IMG/VR virus record: IMGVR_UViG_3300045988_027240
Location: 1 to 41,304 of that record
Strand: one strand, 5' to 3'
Source of the DNA: a virus
Length of the DNA: 41,304 nt
In this document: piece after piece, positions 1-5,889 of the stretch
Layout of the letters: the number at the start of each line of letters is the position of its first letter
How positions within the stretch are numbered: position 1 is the stretch's first letter
The notes under the pieces: model-generated
Database searches by the model: none
Seen by the model: only the letters and a program-made list of their open reading frames with translations
Told to the model about the DNA's origin: nothing
Program-made: the position numbers and the translations under genes

Positions 1-45
1 TCGCCGTAGCCGTAGCTGTAGCCGGAGCCGTAGCCGTAGCCGTCG
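1..45. repeat. terminal direct repeat, copy 1 (identical to 41260..41304)
   Basis: 45/45 nt identity between the two window ends, read directly. Indicates a circularly closed or terminally redundant assembly. Confidence 0.9.
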
Positions 46-155
46 CCGGAGCCGTAGCCGGAGCCGTAGCCGTAGCCGGAGCCGTCGCCGGAGCCGTAGC
101 CGGAGCCGTAGCCGGAGCCGTAGCCGTCGCCGGAGCCGTCGCCGGAGCCAGAGCT
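1..155 (-). repeat. in-frame hexanucleotide tandem repeat (GCC-GNN)n encoding (Gly-Tyr/Ser/Asp)n
   Basis: Plus-strand units gccgta / gccgga / gccgtc / gctgta repeat with period 6. On the minus strand they translate to GY, GS, GD and SY dipeptides. Confidence 0.9.
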
Positions 156-194
156 TACGGAAAGAAATGCCTTGATCTTATCATCAAGCATCAT
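1..194 (-). CDS. 5' part of the Gly-(Tyr/Ser/Asp) repeat protein gene; continues in frame across the junction into 40755..41304
   Basis: ATG 194..192 overlaps the TGA of the upstream ORF (ATGA). Translation is MMLDDKIKAFLSVSS followed by (G-X)n. The junction offset of 41259 is divisible by 3, so the frame is preserved. Total about 232 aa. Confidence 0.6.
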   Translation of the reverse strand, partial: MMLDDKIKAFLSVSSGSGDGSGDGYGSGYGSGYGSGDGSGYGYGSGYGSGDGYGYGSGYSYGYG

Positions 195-487
195 CGTTTC
201 CACACTCCCACAGCGGCGAGAGAGGATGCCGCCTTATCCGTGCAGGCCAAAACCTGGATTGCGCCCGTTACCACCATTTCGGGAACCATCACCGTAAATT
301 TGCAGCTCTCGGGAGAGGACGTGCCGTCAACCGCCAGCTGCTCCACAGCGCACGCACCGTCCCAGTACCACAGCTTGCGGACGTTGGTCATGGTCACCTC
401 GTCGCCCTTGCGTTCCTTGATCCGCCCGAAGAAAACGCCAGCCTGTGCGCACCGCACAACGTACATCTGATTGTTTTTCGCTTCCAT
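191..487 (-). CDS. conserved phage early protein of unknown function (DUF6948-like by memory)
   Basis: 98-aa ORF with ATG preceded by AGGAGG. Motifs VVRCAQAGVFFG and RKLWYWDGA resemble a widespread phage family. No function known. Confidence 0.55.
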   Translation of the reverse strand: MEAKNNQMYVVRCAQAGVFFGRIKERKGDEVTMTNVRKLWYWDGACAVEQLAVDGTSSPESCKFTVMVPEMVVTGAIQVLACTDKAASSLAAVGVWKR

Positions 488-499
488 TTTTTGTTCCTC

Positions 500-823
500 C
501 TAAATTTCTTTGATTGTAATCCCATGGACCATTAGCATCAGCTTTCGCTTGATAACAAACAGCCGGTAAGCGGCGCTCTTAGAATCGTCGTATCCTTTCA
601 CGTCCTCTACCACCACTTTGCAGCCGTCCCGGTAAACAAAATCGGCAACATAGGTGCAAGGATGTTCCCAGTTCCCGTCGGCTCTTTTTTGCTTGGGTAT
701 CAGCTCAAACGGCACCTGGCAGCGCAAGCCCGTAATCTGGCCCGCCCTTTGCAGCAAGTCCAGTTCCCGGAACCTTTCCGCCTCCTTCTCGCTGGCAAAA
801 TTCCTCCCCGTTCCATCCGGCAT
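500..823 (-). CDS. DUF1064-family phage protein (PD-(D/E)xK-like, putative nuclease/resolvase)
   Basis: Motifs DGxxFxSxKEAxRFxELxLL, CQVPFEL, YVADFVY and VEDVKG. First in-frame ATG is 823 and has a poor SD. The long upstream extension in the track is Arg/Pro/Gly-rich noise. Confidence 0.6.
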   Translation of the reverse strand: MPDGTGRNFASEKEAERFRELDLLQRAGQITGLRCQVPFELIPKQKRADGNWEHPCTYVADFVYRDGCKVVVEDVKGYDDSKSAAYRLFVIKRKLMLMVHGITIKEI

Positions 824-1002
824 CCATAAGTCTGGCCCCAGGCATCCGTCAGCCGCTTGATCCGGTCGTAGCCGAAGCCGAACTCCTGGTGGAGCGTCAC
901 CTGCAGGGTGTCCAACATGAGCTGCTGGGTCACCCGCTCCGCCGCCTGGACCAGCCTCCGCCGGGTCTCCCGCTGCTGGATGAGGTATGCGGACTGCTTC
1001 AT
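700..1002 (-). CDS. small early protein of unknown function; its 3' third overlaps the DUF1064 gene out of frame
   Basis: ATG 1002 is ATGA-coupled to the upstream stop. The first 59 aa look protein-like (…LHQEFGFGYDRIKRLTDAWGQTY). The rest is an Arg/Cys-rich tail. Confidence 0.4.
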   Translation of the reverse strand: MKQSAYLIQQRETRRRLVQAAERVTQQLMLDTLQVTLHQEFGFGYDRIKRLTDAWGQTYGCRMERGGILPARRRRKGSGNWTCCKGRARLRACAARCRLS

Positions 1003-1289
1003 CCTTCCGCCTCCAGCTCCCCGCCGCAGGCTGCATACCCGGCAAGGTCTACCCAGTTGTCCGCCTTGCCGTGCCCCGTGGCGATACGGGCAATCTTGAA
1101 AAGGCACATCATGGCCGCCACATCCTCCGGTAGGATCTGCGCCTCCACAGGCCCCAGGCACTTCTCCTGCAGGTAGGTCTCCCAAAACCGCCCGATGACC
1201 CCGAAGGACCGTTCCGGGCTGCCGTAGTCCTGCTCCCGGTCGCCGCAAACGCACTTCTCAGCGGCTTCCAAAATTTCTTTTCTAGTCAT
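999..1289 (-). CDS. small phage protein (DUF6378-like by memory)
   Basis: 96 aa, AAGGAGG SD. Motifs GDREQDYG and KIARIATGHGKADNWVDLAGY are typical of a conserved phage family. Confidence 0.5.
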   Translation of the reverse strand: MTRKEILEAAEKCVCGDREQDYGSPERSFGVIGRFWETYLQEKCLGPVEAQILPEDVAAMMCLFKIARIATGHGKADNWVDLAGYAACGGELEAEG

Positions 1290-1840
1290 TTTTCCTCCTT
1301 CGCTCTATCCAGCCGCAACGCCGCAGCGGAGCCGCCGATCATGGCACGGACATCTGCCGGGAGGGCCGCCATCTCCCGGTCAGCCTTCTGCCGCACCCGA
1401 AAATTCCGCTGGAAATTGGAGGCCACCACGCTATGTACCGTGTCGCTGTCCATCATGGCCCACTCCCGCAGCTGGGACGGAGACCCCACAAAGCGCCTCA
1501 CGGCCTCCGGCAGCCGCTCAAACTCCAGGCGGCTATCATAGGCGCTGTTACGGATGGCGGCGGCCACCAGGGCCCACGCCTCGCCATCGGTCATTTCCTG
1601 GGGCGTTGTGATCTGCCGCAGCCGGGCCTTGACTTGCCCAATGGTCGGCGGAAAGCTGGACGACTCCGCCACGATGAGCGCCTTGACGGCGGCAGCCACC
1701 AGGGCAACGTCGTCTTCCCGAAACATCTCGGCCCAAAGCCCCAAAATCTGCTTGCGCTCCGCATCGCTGGACTTGGCATAGAAGCCCGGATAGGCGGCGT
1801 TCAGCACGTTCATGACCATCGAAGTCTCCTGCACCGTCAT
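1286..1840 (-). CDS. replicative helicase loader/inhibitor, SPP1 G39P-like
   Basis: 184 aa, ATGA-coupled to the replisome organizer gene. N-terminal pattern (AAYPGFY…WAEMF…D) resembles the G39P loader family, and its position after the DnaD-like initiator fits. Confidence 0.5.
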   Translation of the reverse strand: MTVQETSMVMNVLNAAYPGFYAKSSDAERKQILGLWAEMFREDDVALVAAAVKALIVAESSSFPPTIGQVKARLRQITTPQEMTDGEAWALVAAAIRNSAYDSRLEFERLPEAVRRFVGSPSQLREWAMMDSDTVHSVVASNFQRNFRVRQKADREMAALPADVRAMIGGSAAALRLDRAKEEK

Positions 1841-2607
1841 GTGGCACCCTCCATTTCCTCGCAGATGTCCGTCCAGCTCTTCCGTTCTTGCCCCCTTTGG
1901 CCGTTTCCGCCCCGCTCCCGACGCCGATTATCCAGAGCGTCCCAGTCCGCCAAACACTTGACGCCCCGCTGCTGCTTGTCCTGCAGGATGCCCCGGATAT
2001 AGCTCCAACGGGTAATGCGCTCGTCCAGGGCGATGTCAAAGGCCCTTCGGCAGCAATCCGGTCCCATCGCCTCCACAAAGCCCGCCAGCTCGTCCAGCGA
2101 TGCCGGGGAGGCTGCGGCGTTGACCCGGTTGAGATAATCCGCCTGGACCATCGCCACAGCGGAGGAGAGCGGAGAAACACCGGCGGCTGCGGCGGGGCTT
2201 TTTGTATTACCCCCGCCAGGGGGTAATATTTTTAACATATCGTTCTCTCTCTCACTCTCCTCCTCTCTCTCCCCCTCTCCCTCTTTCTCCTTGCGGGTTT
2301 GTTCCGGTTTGTTATCGGTTTGTTCCGGTTTGTTATCGGTTTGTTCCGGTTTGTTATCGGTTTGTTCCTGATTTGTTTTCCGTTTGTTCAGTCGGTTTGC
2401 GGCTTTGTTCCTACCACTGTCCAGCGTGGGGCGGATCAAAGTGAAAACAGAATTAGGAACTCCGGATAGGCTCGGAACCTCCTCATCGAGGGCATAGGCG
2501 CAGATGGCGAGGACGGCAACCTTGAAATCCTTCGCGGGCAGGGTACGCAGCGCCTCATAATAGCTCCTGTACCAGGTGAATTGACTTCGCTCCATATCTC
2601 GCCTCAC
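1837..2607 (-). CDS. replisome organizer / DnaD-domain replication initiator with internal repeat linker
   Basis: The N-terminal domain (FTWYRSYYEALRTLP…) and the C-terminal DnaD-like domain (…RWSYIRGILQDKQQRG) are separated by (NKPEQTD)x3 and a Glu-rich linker. Start is GTG 2607 (GTGA overlap) or ATG 2595. Confidence 0.7.
   Translation of the reverse strand: MRRDMERSQFTWYRSYYEALRTLPAKDFKVAVLAICAYALDEEVPSLSGVPNSVFTLIRPTLDSGRNKAANRLNKRKTNQEQTDNKPEQTDNKPEQTDNKPEQTRKEKEGEGEREEESERENDMLKILPPGGGNTKSPAAAAGVSPLSSAVAMVQADYLNRVNAAASPASLDELAGFVEAMGPDCCRRAFDIALDERITRWSYIRGILQDKQQRGVKCLADWDALDNRRRERGGNGQRGQERKSWTDICEEMEGAT
2243..2292. other. 50-nt polypyrimidine (CT) tract on the plus strand, polypurine on the coding strand
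   Basis: Read directly: pyrimidines only except one A at 2254. Immediately adjacent to the iteron array and encodes the EKEGEGEREEESERE linker. Confidence 0.85.
2296..2411. repeat. iteron array: 21-bp unit ggtttgttccggtttgttatc x3, then degenerate GGTTTGTT repeats at about 10-11 bp spacing (putative ori)
   Basis: Three perfect 21-bp tandem copies at 2296..2358, followed by about five degenerate copies. Located inside the replication initiator gene, as in lambda O and the SPP1 gp38 origins. Confidence 0.75.
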
Positions 2608-3272
2608 TCTCTGTGCTGATGCAGAAACAGCACCTTACTCCACCCCTCTTTGGCGTTGACGGCAAGCCAGGCTTCCGCCTGCTCCCGGCTCAGGTGGCTC
2701 TCCATGCAGCGGCTCTCGTATGCATACCCGCCTGCCGCCAGCTTCCGGGCCATCCGCTCCTGGATCTCCTCCTCGCCGTAGTTGGACTCGATGAGGTAGA
2801 GGTCGTAGTCCCTGGCCTCCACACCATCCAGGGAGCCGCAGTCCGTAGCATAGAAGACCGCCTCCCGCTGGCCGCCCCGATCCGCAAAGATATGCCAGGC
2901 GCAGTTGGGGACATCGTGGGGAATGGGCTGCATCTCGAATTGAATATTGCGCCAGGTCCCGCCCCGCCGTCCGTAGGAGAGCCGGTAGGCCGTACTTGCC
3001 ACATCGATCACCCGCTCATGGATGCCCAGGGAACTCAATGGCTGGTGCAGCCAGGGCGGGCAGAGGAAGCGCAGCGCAGGCCGAAGGAAAGCCAGGCGCT
3101 TGATGGTCTCCGGGCGGAAGTGGTCCCCGTGGATGTGGGTCAGGACCACCAGGGAGAGGTCCTGACAGACCTCCTCCAGCGCCCCGAAGGGCACGCCGCA
3201 GTCCAGAAGGATGGTCCCATCCAGAACCACGGCGTTGCCCTGAGACCCGGTTGCGATCACATTACAGGTCAC
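2604..3272 (-). CDS. MBL-fold metallo-hydrolase (likely nuclease partner of RecT)
   Basis: Motif LTHIHGDHF (HxHxDH). The N-terminus GSQGNAVVLDG is typical of phage MBL proteins. GTG start overlaps the recT end, with an AGGTGA SD. Confidence 0.75.
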   Translation of the reverse strand: MTCNVIATGSQGNAVVLDGTILLDCGVPFGALEEVCQDLSLVVLTHIHGDHFRPETIKRLAFLRPALRFLCPPWLHQPLSSLGIHERVIDVASTAYRLSYGRRGGTWRNIQFEMQPIPHDVPNCAWHIFADRGGQREAVFYATDCGSLDGVEARDYDLYLIESNYGEEEIQERMARKLAAGGYAYESRCMESHLSREQAEAWLAVNAKEGWSKVLFLHQHRE

Positions 3273-4137
3273 TCAGGCTCACCTGCTTCGGAGCGCTGTC
3301 AGTCCTGCCGTCATCCGGCGTGCCGACCGTTTCAGCGGGGGTCCCTTCCACTACCTCGCCGGTCTTCTCGTCCACGGCGGGCAGGTCAAAATACTGCTCC
3401 CGGTCCGCCCGGCCATCCTTCAGGGCCGTATAGACCCCCCGCAGTTTAACAATGCTCTGGCTGGTGAAGGCCTCCGCCTTGCAGCCGATGTACTTTTCCA
3501 GGCACTCCAGCGGCACGCCGAAGTCCTCCTGGAACGCCTGCGCCATCTTGCGGATCCGGTCGATCAGAGGCTCCCCGCCGCTCAGCAGCGTCTTTGAGCA
3601 GGCGTCAACAGCGGCATCCACCACGTCCCCTGGGATGATCCCCAGGATGCAGGCACGCAGCCGCCGGGCGCCCTGGTTTGCCACCATCTCGTAGATGTCC
3701 CGAGGATCCGTCAGGGCCTTGGTGCCCTTCTTGGTCTGCCGGACGTGGGGGACTTCAAAAATCTTGGTCTGCCGGACATTGGTCTCCAGGTCCCAGCAGT
3801 AGGCCATCACCGTGGAGCGGTTGCCCTTCTGCTCCAGCTCCGTGATGCCGAAGTCCAGGTTGCCCCAGTTCTGGGCCATGACCTCCGCCAGGCGGATGGA
3901 AGGGCCGGTGACGTTCTCCCCGCCGCGGGGATACTCATAGACTGCCCGCTCCGCCAGACTCCTGCGCTTGCAGGCGTTGAGGATGCGGTTGTGGCTCTCC
4001 ACCTCGTTCCGAGGGAAGCGTTTTGCCACCACCATCGCCGCCTGGACCTCCTGGGCCTGCCGGGAGATCATCATTTCCGTACTTACCGTCTTCGGGGCCA
4101 TCCCCTCGTTGGGGGCATAGTTCTGCATCTCGTTCAT
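3262..4137 (-). CDS. recT: RecT-family single-strand annealing recombinase
   Basis: 291 aa. Typical RecT core (…RSLAERAVYEYPRGGENVTGPSIRLAEVMAQNWGNLDFG…AYCWDLETN…). GAGGAGG SD. Confidence 0.85.
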   Translation of the reverse strand: MNEMQNYAPNEGMAPKTVSTEMMISRQAQEVQAAMVVAKRFPRNEVESHNRILNACKRRSLAERAVYEYPRGGENVTGPSIRLAEVMAQNWGNLDFGITELEQKGNRSTVMAYCWDLETNVRQTKIFEVPHVRQTKKGTKALTDPRDIYEMVANQGARRLRACILGIIPGDVVDAAVDACSKTLLSGGEPLIDRIRKMAQAFQEDFGVPLECLEKYIGCKAEAFTSQSIVKLRGVYTALKDGRADREQYFDLPAVDEKTGEVVEGTPAETVGTPDDGRTDSAPKQVSLSDL

Positions 4138-4151
4138 GAAAATTCTCCTCC

Positions 4152-5045
4152 TCAGTTGTAGTTGTAGCCGTTGCTGTCCAGAAACCTCTTCAGGAGCTTC
4201 AGCCGCTCCCGGGTGGCCGTCACGGTGAAGGTGCAGGTCAGGGTCTCAACAGCCGCCTTCTCCACCCGCTTGGGGACCGGCGTCACCTCCGGGGCCTCCT
4301 GGACGGGCCGGACACAGGCCTCCGCCGCCTCAGCCTTCCGCTGCCGCTCCGCCTCCAACAGCTGGTGCCGCTTGGTCACCACCCGAATGGCGAAAGTCAG
4401 GTCCAGGCACTTCTTGTACTCCACGGCGATCTCGTCCCCATGCTCCATGCCGTCGATGGCGGCCATCGCCTGGGCGCAGCCCTCCACCATCATCCGCAAC
4501 TGCTCCATGAGCTTCTTGGGGGTCTTGGCACGGGCCGAGGCCATATCCACCTTCACGCTGGTCTGCTCGTAGGTCAGGAAATCGACCCCGTGGGCGGCGC
4601 AGAGCTCCCCAAAGTAGTGCCGCAGATACTCCTCACAGTGTTCCTTGATCTCCCGTTCCGTGGCCTCGATCTTCCCCTTCAGGTCGGCGTCCGCCTGGCG
4701 GAAGGGGACCGCCACGCAGTCCCGGTAAACCGCCTCAAAGCGGTCATAGGGCTCCATGATGGCGGCCTTTACCGCCTTCCGCTGGGCCTCCATCTCCGCA
4801 AATTCCTGGTTCAGCTCCGCCCGGACGGTCTTCACCGCCGCCAGGGTCTCTGGAGCGCATACCATGCTCATGGCCTGGCCCGTGCGCCGCTCCGTGGCCT
4901 CCTTCAGGTCCCGCAGCCGCTCCTCAATGACGGGGAGCTGGACCAGCCGGATCAATCCGCTGTCCTGGGCCGTCTCCCGGCAATCGCAGGTCTCCCCGGC
5001 GTCCAGGGCCGCCCCGCAGTTCTCACACACCTTCGGTGCTGTCAT
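4152..5045 (-). CDS. DUF1351-family phage protein with N-terminal Cys4 zinc ribbon
   Basis: ATG 5045 is preceded by AAGGAGG. CENCG…CDC ribbon, then a long helical region. DUF1351 proteins commonly precede recT in Firmicutes phages. Confidence 0.55.
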   Translation of the reverse strand: MTAPKVCENCGAALDAGETCDCRETAQDSGLIRLVQLPVIEERLRDLKEATERRTGQAMSMVCAPETLAAVKTVRAELNQEFAEMEAQRKAVKAAIMEPYDRFEAVYRDCVAVPFRQADADLKGKIEATEREIKEHCEEYLRHYFGELCAAHGVDFLTYEQTSVKVDMASARAKTPKKLMEQLRMMVEGCAQAMAAIDGMEHGDEIAVEYKKCLDLTFAIRVVTKRHQLLEAERQRKAEAAEACVRPVQEAPEVTPVPKRVEKAAVETLTCTFTVTATRERLKLLKRFLDSNGYNYN

Positions 5046-5179
5046 GTCCTTGTCCTCCTTGTCGTCCGCACGGACTTCATATCGCATGCCCCGCCGCCTT
5101 GCGGCAGGGCTCACTCATTCCGTCGTTCGTCCTCTTCCCACCGGAAACGCTTCGCTGGTTTCCGGCGGGAGCCCTGTGT

Positions 5180-5353
5180 TCAATCCGCCAAATCCCGGCG
5201 CTCCCAGGCGTCCAGGGCGTCCACGCACTTTTCGCAGCCAACGACGGCCCCGGATAACACCCGGTACAGCGTCTCGCACTCCTCGCCGCAACAGGGGCAG
5301 CGGGGATTTTCTTCCGGCTCCGGCGGCTCCAATGGCCGCTCGGGAATATCCAT
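5180..5353 (-). CDS. small zinc-ribbon protein
   Basis: CPCCGEEC…CEKC four-Cys motif. ATG 5353 sits 2 nt upstream of (5' to) the MazG-like stop at 5357..5355 (CATGTCA). Confidence 0.45.
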   Translation of the reverse strand: MDIPERPLEPPEPEENPRCPCCGEECETLYRVLSGAVVGCEKCVDALDAWERRDLAD

Positions 5354-5354
5354 G

Positions 5355-5669
5355 TCAGAAAAGGGTCTCACCGGTCATATCCTCGATTCTCCACCGCAGG
5401 CGGTTCAGCTTGCGGATCTCCTCCTCGGCGGTATCGCCGAAAATGAGGGAGAGCTGGTTGAGCATGATACCCACGTCGGCCATCTCCTCCCGGATATTGA
5501 TTGAAATCGTGGCAGCATCATCGCCCCGGATGTACTTGGTGAGGGCCTTCGTCAGCTCGCTCATCTCCTCGATGGCCACGATAATCTGCATCTCAGAGCC
5601 CCAGGTGTCGATAGCAGCCTCCAGGATCCGGCCTTCCCGCTCCTGGGTCATTTTCATTTCTTCGTTCAT
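5355..5669 (-). CDS. MazG-like nucleotide pyrophosphohydrolase
   Basis: 104 aa from ATG 5669 (GAAGGAGG SD). Paired acidic helices EEMSELTKAL and REEMADVGIML are typical of all-alpha NTP-PPase/MazG. Confidence 0.65.
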   Translation of the reverse strand: MNEEMKMTQEREGRILEAAIDTWGSEMQIIVAIEEMSELTKALTKYIRGDDAATISINIREEMADVGIMLNQLSLIFGDTAEEEIRKLNRLRWRIEDMTGETLF

Positions 5670-5682
5670 TGCTTTTCCTCCT

Positions 5683-5889
5683 TCAAACTTCTCCCCTGGG
5701 CACCCATACGACCTGATACTTGGACCGCCCGGGGCGTTTTGCTCGTTTCCTGCGGCTGATGGAAGAGGTAACCGTCCCAACGGTGACGCCCGCCATCCGG
5801 GCCAACTCCTCCATGGAATCCGCCACTGCCAGCGGCAGCTCGTACTTATCCGACGTGACCCACAGATACAGGGGCTTGCAGGGATTCAT
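5683..5889 (-). CDS. small phage protein, probable DNA-binding
   Basis: 68 aa, ATGA-coupled to the helicase-methylase stop. YELPLAVADSMEELARMAGVT is HTH-like, and a basic tail follows. Confidence 0.45.
   Translation of the reverse strand: MNPCKPLYLWVTSDKYELPLAVADSMEELARMAGVTVGTVTSSISRRKRAKRPGRSKYQVVWVPRGEV

Noticed and set aside
1-155. A highly regular short repeat at both window ends might be a CRISPR array, telomere-like repeat or cos-type end.
   Set aside because: The period is 6 nt with no spacers. It is in frame with an SD- and ATGA-coupled ORF and is continuous with a globular coding region, so it is a coding microsatellite. The 45-nt end identity is an assembly-closure overlap.
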